Shown in pieces: positions 1 through 12,458 of a DNA stretch of 57,642 nt. A program made the translations under genes and the position numbers. The notes beneath the pieces were generated by a model, which saw only the letters and a list, made by a program, of their open reading frames with translations, was not told the DNA's origin and did not search any database. Source of the DNA: Hypanus sabinus (lineage: Eukaryota); the NCBI RefSeq assembly GCF_030144855.1, contig NC_082734.1, forward strand, positions 19,846,359-19,904,000, in the 5' to 3' direction. Each line of letters starts with the position of its first letter. Within the stretch, counting starts at the first letter, position 1.

Positions 1-4
1 TGTG

Positions 5-1728
5 NNNNNNNNNNNNNNNNNNNNNNNNNNNNNNNNNNNNNNNNNNNNNNNNNNNNNNNNNNNNNNNNNNNNNNNNNNNNNNNNNNNNNNNNNNNNNNNN
101 NNNNNNNNNNNNNNNNNNNNNNNNNNNNNNNNNNNNNNNNNNNNNNNNNNNNNNNNNNNNNNNNNNNNNNNNNNNNNNNNNNTGTGTGACAGAGAGTGAG
201 GGANNNNNNNNNNNNNNNNNNNNNNNNNNNNNNNNNNNNNNNNNNNNNNNNNNNNNNNNNNNNNNNNNNNNNNNNNNNNNNNNNNNNNNNNNNNNNNNNN
301 NNNNNNNNNNNNNNNNNNNNNNNNNNNNNNNNNNNNNNNNNNNNNNNNNNNNNNNNNNNNNNNNNNNNNNNNNNNNNNNNNNNNNNNNNNNNNNNNNNNN
401 NNNNNNNNNNNNNNNNNNNNNNNNNNNNNNNNNNNNNNNNNNNNNNNNNNNNNNNNNNNNNNNNNNNNNNNNNNNNNNNNNNNNNNNNNNNNNNNNNNNN
501 NNNNNNNNNNNNNNNNNNNNNNNNNNNNNNNNNNNNNNNNNNNNNNNNNNNNNNNNNNNNNNNNNNNNNNNNNNNNNNNNNNNNNNNNNNNNNNNNNNNN
601 NNNNNNNNNNNNNNNNNNNNNNNNNNNNNNNNNNNNNNNNNNNNNNNNNNNNNNNNNNNNNNNNNNNNNNNNNNNNNNNNNNNNNNNNNNNNNNNNNNNN
701 NNNNNNNNNNNNNNNNNNNNNNNNNNNNNNNNNNNNNNNNNNNNNNNNNNNNNNNNNNNNNNNNNNNNNNNNNNNNNNNNNNNNNNNNNNNNNNNNNNNN
801 NNNNNNNNNNNNNNNNNNNNNNNNNNNNNNNNNNNNNNNNNNNNNNNNNNNNNNNNNNNNNNNNNNNNNNNNNNNNNNNNNNNNNNNNNNNNNNNNNNNN
901 NNNNNNNNNNNNNNNNNNNNNNNNNNNNNNNNNNNNNNNNNNNNNNNNNNNNNNNNNNNNNNNNNNNNNNNNNNNNNNNNNNNNNNNNNNNNNNNNNNNN
1001 NNNNNNNNNNNNNNNNNNNNNNNNNNNNNNNNNNNNNNNNNNNNNNNNNNNNNNNNNNNNNNNNNNNNNNNNNNNNNNNNNNNNNNNNTGTGNNNNNNNN
1101 NNNNNNNNNNNNNNNNNNNNNNNNNNNNNNNNNNNNNNNNNNNNNNNNNNNNNNNNNNNNNNNNNNNNNNNNNNNNNNNNNNNNNNNNNNNNNNNNNNNN
1201 NNNNNNNNNNNNNNNNNNNNNNNNNNNNNNNNNNNNNNNNNNNNNNNNNNNNNNNNNNNNNNNNNNNNNNTGTGTGACAGAGAGTGAGGGANNNNNNNNN
1301 NNNNNNNNNNNNNNNNNNNNNNNNNNNNNNNNNNNNNNNNNNNNNNNNNNNNNNNNNNNNNNNNNNNNNNNNNNNNNNNNNNNNNNNNNNNNNNNNNNNN
1401 NNNNNNNNNNNNNNNNNNNNNNNNNNNNNNNNNNNNNNNNNNNNNNNNNNNNNNNNNNNNNNNNNNNNNNNNNNNNNNNNNNNNNNNNNNNNNNNNNNNN
1501 NNNNNNNNNNNNNNNNNNNNNNNNNNNNNNNNNNNNNNNNNNNNNNNNNNNNNNNNNNNNNNNNNNNNNNNNNNNNNNNNNNNNNNNNNNNNNNNNNNNN
1601 NNNNNNNNNNNNNNNNNNNNNNNNNNNNNNNNNNNNNNNNNNNNNNNNNNNNNNNNNNNNNNNNNNNNNNNNNNNNNNNNNNNNNNNNNNNNNNNNNNNN
1701 NNNNNNNNNNNNNNNNNNNNNNNNNNNN
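5..1728. repeat. N-masked or gap region with short TG/GA-rich islands; probably a masked tandem repeat
   Basis: N runs at 5-182, 204-1088, 1093-1270 and 1292-1728. The identical 21-mer tgtgtgacagagagtgaggga occurs at 183-203 and 1271-1291, and tgtg at 1-4 and 1089-1092 (period 1088). Confidence 0.6.
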
Positions 1729-1916
1729 TTCATACAGCGTGTCTTGGGCATCTGAAACCTGGCGAAGCCTATCCCTCAGCAGGTTTTTGGAGCCGGCTGG
1801 ATTCGAACTTGGGAGCCTTCGCTCCAAAGTCTGGCACTGATGCCACCAGCCGGCTAAGTTAGTATATGGACATTTTCTTGGTGTCGTCTTGTGGGTATGT
1901 GTTGTGTTGTCCTTGG

Positions 1917-2210
1917 ATTCAGGATTGAAGGATGTCCTTTTAGAGCTGAGATGCGGAGAAATTATTTGAGTCAGAGGGTGGTAGATCTGTGGAAATTTTT
2001 GCCACGAGCGGCTGTGGAGGTCAAGTCATTGGGTGTATTTAAGGCTGAGATAGATAGGTTCTTGATTAGCCAGGGCATCAAAGGGCAGGGGGTGAAAGTG
2101 CGGGTGTTGGTATGACTGAATGAAGTGGATCAGCCCATGATTGAATGGTGGAGCAGACTCGATGGGCTAAATGGCCTACTTCTGCTCCTATATCTTATGG
2201 TCTTATGGGC
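1917..2210 (+). mobile_element. CR1 LINE 3' fragment
   Basis: Encodes the CR1 ORF2 C-terminus (PFRAEMRRNYLSQRVVDLW), followed by the 3' UTR and a tcttatggtcttatg tail. Confidence 0.75.
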
Positions 2211-2831
2211 TGTTTCTAATTGTTTGTCTTTGCACTAGCCCTGGATTTTCCCTTTGTCTTGCAGGAGTCTCATCTGGGATCATGAGGATTGTTAAACTCT
2301 TTGTTTTTATCACTTGTATTCAATTCAGGTTAATTTAATTAGCACAGTAATGTCAATGTCTGGAATTCCTCCTTGCTCCAGAGTGTATTTCAGGGAGGTA
2401 ACCCAAACCCTCGTTGTTGGGTCGTTGTGGTTCCTTGTCGAGTGAAACTCAGACCGAGTTTTTCTGTGTATCAGCAGTGACTTCAGTTCGCCGAGATCCT
2501 GTATGGTTTACCTTAGCTCTTGTTAGTTTGTCTCATTCATTTTCTTTAATCTTTAGTTTTGTCTGAATTACTGAAGTTTCTGTGGTTCCTGAACTTGCTA
2601 GTGATCCTCACAGTCGGGAATGGGACTTGAGTCTATAAATTCCAAACTTAGAGACAGAGCCAAGCATGAGCTTCTGCCCCTCCACCATCAGAAATGATGA
2701 CGGGTCTCAACCCATGCGTTCCTCTCCATGTTTATTATTTTTAAATGTATTTACTAATTGTGATACAGCGTGGAACAGGCACTTCAAGCCACACCACCCA
2801 GCAACCGCCGACGTAACCACACCTTTATCGT

Positions 2832-2976
2832 GGGACCATTTACAATGACCAGCTGGTACATCTTTGGACTGTGGGAGGAAACCAGAGCACCTGGAGGAAT
2901 CCCATGCAGCAGCAATTGAACCCGGGTCGCCATTACTGTAAAGCGTTGTACTAACCATTACACTACCATGCTGCCC
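2832..2976 (-). mobile_element. tRNA-derived V-SINE (HE1-like), partial
   Basis: The reverse complement has a tRNA-like head with B box (gggttcaatt) and the V-domain core ggtttcctcccacagtccaaagatg. Confidence 0.65.
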
Positions 2977-2990
2977 ATTGTGCCCGATCT

Positions 2991-3322
2991 GCTGAGTTCC
3001 TCCAGTATTTTGTGTGTGTTGATCTGAATTTCCAACATCTGCTGAATCTCTTGCATATATCAGCAGTCCTCGGATCCGTGCACACTACCTCGTTATTCTT
3101 CCTTTTGCACTCTTTATTTTTGTAATATTTAGAAATTTTACATCTTTGCACAGTACTGCTGCCACAAAACAACTGATTTCATGTAATAAACATGAGAAAG
3201 TCTGCTGATGCTGGAAATCAAAAGCAACACACGCAAAACGCTGGAGGAACTCAGCAGGCCCGGCAGCATCCATGGAAATGAATAAACAGTTGACTTTCAG
3301 GCCGAGACCTTTCATCAGGACT
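2991..3322. mobile_element. Inverted pair of short Penelope-terminus-derived elements
   Basis: ctgctgagttcctccagtattttgtgtg (2991) is inverted relative to cgcaaaacgctggaggaactcagcagg (~3232). The - strand has a degenerate hammerhead core at 3292-3318. Confidence 0.6.
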
Positions 3323-5587
3323 CAAGAAATGCCGACTGTTTATTCATTTCATACAAGTCCGTGGGAAGCAATCTGATTGAAACAGAGAAGAAAAGCTGTC
3401 AAATGTGCTGCTGCAAAGTTGTTCCCTTGGATTAGCATTCATTAGTAGAATCATAGAGTTACATAACAGAGAAACAAGTCCTTTGGCTGACGGGGTTACC
3501 TACCTGAGCTAGTCAGAGTTGCCTGTGTTTGGCTCCTATTCCTCTAAACCTTACTTTTCAGTGTAACCTTCCAAATGCCTTTTAAATGTCGTAGTTCTAT
3601 ATGCCTCTACCACTTGCTCTAGCAGCTCATTCTGAACACTCACCAGTTCTGTGTGAAAACCCTCAGGTCCCTTTTCCACCACACCCTAAACTTATGCTGT
3701 CTAGTTTCAGACACCCTTGACCTGGCTATTCACTTTAACTCCACCCCTCATGACTTTATAAACCTCTTCAAGGCCACCCTTCAGCCTCCTAAACTCCAGG
3801 GAATAAGAAGTCCCAGAGTACCCAGTATCTCCTTGTATCTACCCGTGCCACTTTGAGGAGCTATATACCTGCAACACTAGGTCTCTCCATCCTACAATAT
3901 TCTCCTAGCGTGTAATACCTGTCCAAGTTTATCTTACCATAATACAACACCTCACATTAATCTCAATGAAACTGCATCTGCCACTCCTTGGCCCATTGGC
4001 ACAGTTAATCAAGATCACCTTGTAATCTTAGACAAACACCTTCACTGCCCACCAATGCTGATGCACGAAGTAAATTATCTACACTTTATCGTTAATTTCC
4101 TTTTCTGGAACATCTCTGTATGCGTCTGCCTTTCAAAGAATACTTTCCATAGACTATAGGAAGCAGTGATCTGGTAGTTGTAATCTCTCATAAAGAACTT
4201 GACTTTGAACCGTCTCATACATTGTAGCAAACTGTGCTGCAGATGAAATCATGTCTACCAGCCAGCCTGCAGCACACCCGCAGAAATCAAGTAGACGGAA
4301 ATGCTCTACAGCCAGCTCATGTCAACAGGGCCTGCAAGCCTTTGTTCTACCTGCAGGAAATGTGAGATGACTTGACCATTCTGTGGGAGTTCCAATTTAA
4401 CTCATATTTTTAGGCACCACCAATATTTACTGGACATGATGGTCCTCTACCCACAACTTCATCACCCCCACTCTCAAGTCATTCCAATGGTTCATCCGAA
4501 CACATTGGTGGAGGAATGGTTGATAGGGCAACCATTCACTGGCAGTCAACTCACTACACTGCAGGTAGTTTCTGAACTTCTCCTAGATCAGAGACATTTG
4601 TGAGCTGTCAGAGGATACTGATTTCCAGCTGTTGAATGAGATGGAAAATGCCAGCCTACTAAAGAGACACAGCCCGTGGCAATAACTGATCCAAGAATCA
4701 TGAAGTACTTGTTGGTACTTACGTTGTGTATCAGGTTCCCCATACCCTTTCACCTCACCGCACTGACAATACCTCCTGGACCTTTCTGCCTAACTTAAAA
4801 AGCATCAGTTCTGTTTAAGTGAACCAATCCCAGGACAGCAAGTGTCAGATTTGATGCCCCATTCAGGCTTATTCATGGAATCATAAAGCAAAGCAGTGTC
4901 ACAACCACAGATTCGGCAGCACAGCAGATTTGGCAATTGCGCTTGTGAATATGCACATGTCAGTTAATTATTATTTCATTGTGATAGTATTTAACTCCTT
5001 TCCATTATAGAATTTGTTGAGACTTGGACACAGCAATGCTTCGCTACTAGCTTGCATTCCGCCTTGTCTGAGAAATTGGACTGGCGAGTCAACTGACTCT
5101 GAAGACTAACGATATTCGTTTTATTCATAGTTGTTTCAGCCGCACTGTAGGCTTCATTTTCCATTTGAAAGTTTTAGTTAACGGCCCTGTTTGGCCTAAC
5201 ATTTATTGTTTTCCTTTCCCTTTAACACTGTTCGCATTAAAGTCTGTGAACTATCAACCCACTTCAGTGTCTCCCACTCTGCACTTGGGCCATATCCGTA
5301 CCTGGTGACAAACAGCACACAAATGGGCCCTTCAGCCCATCACATCTGTGCCAACCCAGTTACCCACCTGAGCTACTTCAGGTTGCCTGCATTTGGCCCA
5401 TTTCCCTCTTTTAATGCCATCGTCCCCTACCATTAACCAAAGGGGTACCTTTCCTAACCATTTACCTGTCCAATGTCTTTTAAACGTCTTAATTGTTCCT
5501 GGCCCTAGTAGCTCATTTCCCCACCCCCATTTCATACACCCTTGGAGTAGCTATTAAATCTTTCCTCTCTTAAATCTTTCCCCTGTC

Positions 5588-7950
5588 TTTTCTTTTAAAA
5601 TCTTTTTTTTACTATTATCCAAAAATTAACAAGAGTACACCAAAGTAGATTACACTTACTTAACTCAAGGGAAAAAAAACATTATTTTAAAGACTGAAAA
5701 ATTTGTTGACAATAAAAAGGAAAAAACCCCTACCAAAGCAAAGTGAGGAAAAAAAAAACTTTAGGTGTTCAACCCCAGAGCCATGCGCCATACGAAAAGC
5801 TTCTAAAGATAAACATCAAACCGCCAGCAAGAAAAAAAAATGTCTCAACATTTACAATTAGGTCATGGAGGAAATCCATCAATTAACTCAAATGGTAGTA
5901 ACAAGCAAATGAACCCCATCTTTACTCAAAATCAAACATAGGTTCAAAGGTTCAACTTCTTATTTTCTCCAAACTAAGACATAGCATCACTTGAGAGTGG
6001 CATCATTGAGCATCATTGTGACAGAGTGGGAGCTGACGTTTCTTTCCACTTCAACAGAATGGCCCTCCTAGCTATCAATGTAACAAACGCAATAACATGT
6101 TGCTCAGACAAAGAAATACCACGGATATATCGCACATTAACAGCCCAGTAATACATTCTTAAATTAGGCAAAGCAAGACCTCCATCCTTTTTCAATTTTT
6201 GTAAATGGTATTTTCCAATTCTTGGTCTTTTATCATTCCAAATAAAAGATGAAATAATAGAATCAATCTGATCAAAAAAAATTTAGTTAAAAACACAGGG
6301 ATATTCTCAAATAAATGTAAAAATTTTGGTAAAATCATCATTTTGACTATATGGATGTGACCTGCAAGTGAAAATGTAAGTGGGTTCCATCTACTAAATA
6401 AATACTTCATAGAATGTACCAAGTGGACAAAATTAGCTTTATAAAGATCCTTACATTTTTTAGTAATTATAACTCGTAAATATCTAAAGGAATCCGTGAC
6501 TTTGAATGGGGTATAATCATATATAGAAACAGATTAATTTAAAGGAAACAGTTCACTTTTATTAAAATTTATTTTATATCCTGAAAAATCTCCAAATTCA
6601 TTAAATAATTTTAGCAAGGCAGGGATAGATTCCTCGGGATTAGATATATAAACCAGTAAACCGTCAGCATAAAGAGAAATCTTATGAATGGCCTCATTCA
6701 CAAGAATCCCATGAATATCTTTAGCTTCACAAAGAGCAATAGCAAGGGGTTCTAATATTGGTAAATAAGAAAGGACTTAATAGACAAACTTGTCTTGTCC
6801 CCCGTGAATGCTGAAAAATGGGGATCTACAGTTATTAGTAATAACAGTAGCAATAGGAGTTTCATGTATCATTCTATTCCAATTATTAAAATTAACACCA
6901 AAACCAAGTTTCTCTAAAACATTAAATAAATATTTCCATTCGACTCGATCGAATGCTTTCCAAAGAGACGGCACATTGTGGAGTTTTAAAAGAAGACAAG
7001 TATATAATGTTAAATAATCTCCAAGCATTTGAAAAGGAATAACGACCTGTTATAAAGCCTGTTTGACCTTTAAAAATAATTTTACCCAAATATTTTCCAA
7101 CTGATTGGCCATTATCTTTGACAGGATCTTCACATCGACATTCAATAATGAAATAGGTCTATATGAGGCACAATCAGTAGGATCTATGTCCTTTTTAAGA
7201 ATTAAAGAAATAGAAGCCTCATAAAAGGTAGAGGGTAAATCACCTTTATCAAAAGAATCCTTAAACATTTCCAACATATATGGAGAGAGCAATTTTCCAA
7301 ATCTTTTAGAAAATTCTACAGGGTAACCATCAAGTCCAGGGGCCTTACCAGATTGCATTGAAAAAATAGCTTTATGAATTTTGGTTTCAGTAATTTGGGC
7401 ATCAAGAGTTTTTCGATCCTCAACAGAGATTTGAGGAAAAGCAATCTTTCGTAAAACAGCATTCATTTTAGAAGAATCTACTGAAAATTTATAAAATTCA
7501 GTGTAAAAATCTTGAAAAATCTTATCAATTTCTTCATATTCCCAAGCCAGGTACCATCTTTCCTACAGATTTTCAAAATTTGCCTTTTGGCTCTGGCCAT
7601 TTTTAATTGAGATGCAAGCTATTTGTTATTTTTATCTCCAAACATATAAAATTGAACTCTTTAGCTTAAGCAAGTGGCCTTCAATAGGATGAGTTAATAA
7701 TAAATTATATTGTGATTGGAGTTCAACCCTTGGTTTAAATAAATCAATATCAGGAGAGATCACATAAATATTATCTAAGTCTTTAATTTGTTTTGAAATC
7801 TTATCTAATTCTACATTAGTCTGTTTTTTAAGCTTAGCTGAGTAAGAAATGATCTGACCACGTAAAAATGCTTTAAATGTATCCCATATGATTAAGTTAG
7901 ACATACCCCCTATATCATTTAAAAGAAAAAAAATCTTTTATCTGGGTATA
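5588..7950 (-). mobile_element. 5'-truncated, internally deleted L1-clade LINE (ORF2 remnant)
   Basis: ORF pieces: IIWDTFKAFLRGQIISY, SGKAPGLDGYPVEF...YRPISLLNVDVKIL, KAFDRVEW, KMMILPKFLHLF, KKDGGLALPNLRMYYWA, then a direct jump to FVTLIARRAILLKWK at ~6120. A-rich tail at ~5590-5610. Confidence 0.85.
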
Positions 7951-8159
7951 AATCTTGCCTCCCTTAAATGTTTCTCCTGTCGCAAACCTATGCCCACTAG
8001 ACTCCCCTACTCTTGGAAGAAGACAGCGATCTTTCCCTATTTACGCCCCTCATGATTTCATAAACCTCTGGACCAGGGGTTATGCCATGGACCTCTACCT
8101 TTAACCAAGGGGTCCGCAGACCCCAGATTGGGACCTGGGGAACCTGCTCTATAAAGGTC

Positions 8160-8366
8160 AATGCTTTACAGTACCAGCAATGGGGGTTCAACTTCTGCCA
8201 CCACCTGTAAGGAGTTTGTACGTTCTCCCTGTCACCCAGTGGGTTTCCTCCAGGTGCTCCAGTTTCCTCCCGCAGACCGAAGATTTATAATTAATTGGTC
8301 ATTTATCAATTGTCCTGTGATTGGGCTAGGATTAAATCCCGGGTTGCTGGGTAGCATGGTTGGAAG
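8160..8366 (+). mobile_element. V-SINE (HE1-like)
   Basis: gggggttcaact B-box-like sequence, then gggtttcctccaggtgctccagtttcctccc V-domain core. Confidence 0.7.
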
Positions 8367-8514
8367 TGCTGAATCTCAGTCTCTCACACTGCAGAAAAAT
8401 GTCCCATTCAGTCCAGATTCCCTTTATAACTCAAGCCCTCCAGACGGGGAATAACCTGGCAAATCTTAATGGCACCTTTCCACAGCAAGACCACCACAAC
8501 TCCAATGGCAACCC

Positions 8515-9115
8515 CACCGGCAGCAGCGTAAACGTCCCATGAAGTGCCTCCATAAACCTGGCCCCTCTCCCTCGCTCAAACGTCTGCGGGAAGGTGTGGG
8601 CGACGCCGTGCGGTACCTGTGGGCCGGGACTGAGCGCCGGAGCCCGGTGCGGATCGCCCGCCGTTCGGTTTGGCAATATCGCATCCTTTGACCTGAAAAG
8701 TTACTTCGACATCACGCTCTCTTTTTTTCCGTTGGGTCCAACGTAGCCGACACTGGAACTTTCCGAGACTTTGATGTGTGAGGAAGGAGGGGCGGGCAGA
8801 AGCTGTCGGAGCGACCTATTTTACGGGCTCTTTGCGGTGGGGAGTGTGAGACGCGGGCCAGAGGAAGCGAGCCCCGAACATAGCGCTCCTGGTAGCGAAG
8901 GCAGACATGTGGGCAGCTCTGTTGGTCTCGGTTCTTCTGCAGAACTGTGAGTTTTCCTGTTGTCCTGATCGTCAGCGTTGTCGAAAGCTGTCGCCTCTCC
9001 GGATTCATTCGCGTGGCCCGAGCTCCTGTCGCTGTGCAGCCTCGGATCTCGGGGTCCCGGGTCCCGGGTCCCAGAGGGAAACCATGGGCGTGAAGCGCGG
9101 GCTCAATCGCGTCGG
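8515..9115. promoter_or_regulatory. CpG island / probable promoter of the VJ receptor gene
   Basis: Dense CpG in an otherwise CpG-depleted window. GC box ggggcggg at 8789-8796 and GGAA ETS-type cores just upstream of the ATG at 8907. Confidence 0.65.
8907..8946 (+). CDS. VJ-type inhibitory Ig receptor, exon 1 (signal peptide)
   Basis: gacATGTGG; encodes MWAALLVSVLLQN plus 1 nt. Strong donor T|gtgagt, phase 1. Joined to exon 2 it gives the signal peptide MWAALLVSVLLQNCVQC. Confidence 0.75.
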
Positions 9116-9944
9116 TTGAAGTGTGAATCTTCACTGGAATTCCAGGCTCATTTTATCAGCTGGAGGCTGACAATGTGCAGAAGGCCAGTCAGCAGATGGA
9201 ACGGACGAAGTGGGTTTCTCCACAGACGCTGCCTGACCAGCTGAGTATTTCCAGCATCCACCGGATCCTGAATTTGCTTTCAACCGAATCAGGCATTCTT
9301 TAGGCAGGGACTGGTGAGAGGATGTGACCTGCTTTTGATCTTGGCGAATTTGGATTAATGCCCAAAATGTTGGTGAGATTGGTGCGAGGATGGTTCAGTG
9401 GAGGGTCCAAATAGCCAGATTCTATGTTATATTCGCTCTCTAGGATATGCCACTAGCTGGCTTTTTATTAATCAATTGTTTAATGTTTACTAAATATAGC
9501 AGTTCAAAATTAATATCCAGTGTAAGGTACCCAATGCAGGATTTGAAAAGTTGTAGCAATTAGCAGAATTTAGGCAACAACATCTGAGTGTCGCAACGTG
9601 CACTGGCAATGGCGGAACCCAAGTGCAGAGGAAAGACTCAAGCACGAGCAAATCAGCAGGCGCCAGAAATCGGAGGCAAAACACACAAAATGCCGGAGGA
9701 ACTCAGCAGTTCAGGCAGCGTCTATGGAAATTTATAAACAGTCGATGTGAGAAAAAGATATTTGTCGGAGGGCAGCAGAGATAACAGAGGGGGAGCAGTG
9801 AGAGGGGGTTTCATTGAACTCCCGTCAAAGAGAAGATTTGTTTTTTTTTAACTTTCTTCATTTTTATTTTATAGAGAAGATTTACTTCTTCAGGGTCGGC
9901 GTCCTCCCCACTCCTCCTTGCTCTGACTTCTCATCTTTTTTTTC

Positions 9945-9982
9945 CAGTCCTGATGAAGGGTTTCAGCCTGAAACGTCAACTG
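9945..9982 (+). ncRNA. Minimal type I hammerhead-ribozyme-like motif in a Penelope-derived repeat
   Basis: cagtc-CTGATGA-aggGTTTCAGcct-GAAA-C-GTC-aactg. It has the catalytic core, stem II AGG/CCU, a palindromic ACGU stem III, and stem I cagtc/(g>a)actg. Confidence 0.5.
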
Positions 9983-11429
9983 TTTATTCGTTTCCTTAGA
10001 TGCCTGCCTGGCCTGCTGAGTCCCTCCAGCATTTTGTGTGCTTTGCAGAGGAAAGACAGACTCTGTTGTAGAGACAGCAACCAGAGTTTGTTCATAAAAA
10101 TTCCAACAGAACAGCTGAGCGACACTGTGAGACATTACATTCTCAAAACTAGGACCAGTCGATTAGCATGAATTGGGTGTCTGCTTAAATAATACCAGTA
10201 AAACAGATTCCCTGAACCTATCAAAATAAAATTAACAAGTTTAAACAGGAAGCACCAGGAGACGGCAGTACAAGGAGTGAGCCATCCATGAAAAACACAA
10301 GCAAATCTGAACGATTAATAACACTTGTTAAACAACAATTAACCAATTTGGGTGCTCTGAAAACCTCAAAGCCTAACGCCCTCCGGTTACCCCACACAGA
10401 CACGAAAGCTCATTACACTCAGTATTTTAGGAGGATAGCTAACGTCAAAGTCCACCTGTGTGTAAGCTTCATACTTGGCCCTAACCCAATGCAACCCCAG
10501 CACGAGTAAAGGTGGCCCCTGCCCAACAGGTTTATACTTCCACACCCAGCCTGATCATCCCTGTAAACCTATCCATCTCAAGCGCATTGTTTGCATTCAG
10601 TCACGGCAACCAAATCGCCCAGAGCCGGATAAAGGAATGAACCAGATTAACACAAAACCTTAATATTTTAACAGGATATACACATCACCTGACCAGAGTT
10701 CAACACATACGTTTATTATCTCCACATGTACTGAGATACAATGAAAAGCTTTTGTTTGTATCCCATCTGGGCAGAACATTACATATGTAAGTACCTAGAG
10801 ATGGTATAAATGGAAAACAGAATGCAGAATATAGTTGTGACAAGAGACCTAGATGAGGATGGTTAAATGCTGGAATATTCGAGATTAGAATCGAGACCTG
10901 ACACTAGAATTGAGACGCGATACAAGACCGAAATAAGGACAGGGTCCTAAACTAGACACTAGATGAGAATCCAAGTAGATGCTGATCTGAACTGGGGTTT
11001 AGTGCTCAATCGTCAGCTCTACTTGGATTTTAAGTGTTAAAATCCTGGCATGAAAACATATGCCGCCAATTAGAGGATGTGACTGAGTTTTTAAAGGGGC
11101 CATGTCAGCTATGCATATTCTGGAGAGCTGGAGCATCTAAACCTAACAATGGAGTTACGTTATAGAAACAGTGCAGTGGAGACAGACGTTTAAAGTGCAA
11201 AGGAGACAGAGATCATGAACACAAAAGTAGTTTTTCATCATTGTCCTGACAAAGGGTCTTGGCTGAAACATCAGCTCTTTATTCACCTTCATAGATGCTA
11301 CCTGACCTGCTGAGTTCCTTAAGCATGTGTGTTAGATTGGGAGATCAGGGATTTTAGTGCATGAGAGGTCTGCTCAAGAGCACGATAAAAGCTGCACATG
11401 GTGTTTGAAGCTGCTCTCAAGCTTTTATA

Positions 11430-12458
11430 CAATACTGAGCAAAAGTCTTAGACACCCTAGATATTTGATATGGTTTCAGACAGTGTGGCCCCCACAGAGC
11501 CCTGATCTCACCATCGTCAAGGCTGTCTGGGATTACCTGGAGAGACAGAAGCAAGCAAGACAGCCAAAGTCTGCAGAAGAACTGTGACAAGTTCTCCAAG
11601 ATGCTTGGAACAACCTACCAGCTGATTTCTTATAAAACTACATGCCCGAATTATAGGAAAGATGTCAACAAAATAGAGAGAGTACTGAGGAGATTTACTA
11701 GAATGTTACCTGGGGTTCAACACCTAAGTTACAGAGAAAGGTTGAACAAGTTAGGTCTTTATTCTTTGCACTGTAGAAGGTTGAGGGGGGACTTGATAGA
11801 GGTATTTAAAGTTATGAGGGGGGATAGATAAAGTTGACGTGGATAGGCTTTTTCCATTGAGAGTAGGGGAGATTCAAACAAGAGGACATGAGTTGAGAGT
11901 TAGGGGGCAAAAGTTTAGGGGTAACACAAAGGGGAACTTCTTTACTCAGAGAGTGGTAGCTGTGCGGAACGAGCTTCCAGTAGAAGTGGTAGAGGCAAGT
12001 TCGATATTGTCATTTTAAAAAATTGGATAGATATATGGACAGGAAAGGAATGGAGGGTTATGGGCTGAGTGCAGGTCAGTGGGACTAGGTGAGAGTAAGT
12101 GTTCGGCACGGACTAGAAGGGCCGAGATGGCCTTTTTCCGTGCTGTAATTGTTATATGGTTATATGACAGAGTACCTAAGAGAATTGATGCAGTTTTAAG
12201 GAGTGACTATCCTGCTAAAGGGTTTCAGCCCAAAACATCAACTGCACTTTTTTCCATAGATGCTGCCTGGCCTGCTGAATTCCTCCAGCATTTGTGTGTG
12301 TTACACCAAATAGTGACTTGATTTAGGTTTTTTTTAACTGTTTCCTGCTCGATATAGTTTTTTTGTGTTTAGAAACTTTTCATTTCATTATTTTGATAAT
12401 AGTGAAATTCACTTTACATAATTTTTTTACATGTGCCTATGACTTTTGCACAGTTCTG
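11430..12458 (+). mobile_element. Internally deleted Tc1/mariner element carrying nested insertions
   Basis: 26-bp TIRs caatactgagcaaaagtcttagacac / revcomp cagaactgtgcaaaagtcataggcac, with TA on both sides. Transposase C-terminus WPPQSPDL...RQPKSAEEL...DRVPKRIDAVL. Confidence 0.75.
11645..12166 (+). mobile_element. CR1 LINE 3' end inserted in the Tc1 remnant
   Basis: PNYRKDVNKIERVLRRFTRMLPG and a gttatatggttatatg tail. Very similar to 38612-39132. Confidence 0.85.

Noticed and set aside
2-1862. ORFs of up to 363 aa in the track
   Set aside because: They consist of translated Ns.
4723-4789. - strand candidate exon (AERSRRYCQCGEVKGYGEPDTQ, gtaagt donor) of a divergent gene
   Set aside because: The acceptor is weak, I recognise no homology, and I could not link it to other exons.
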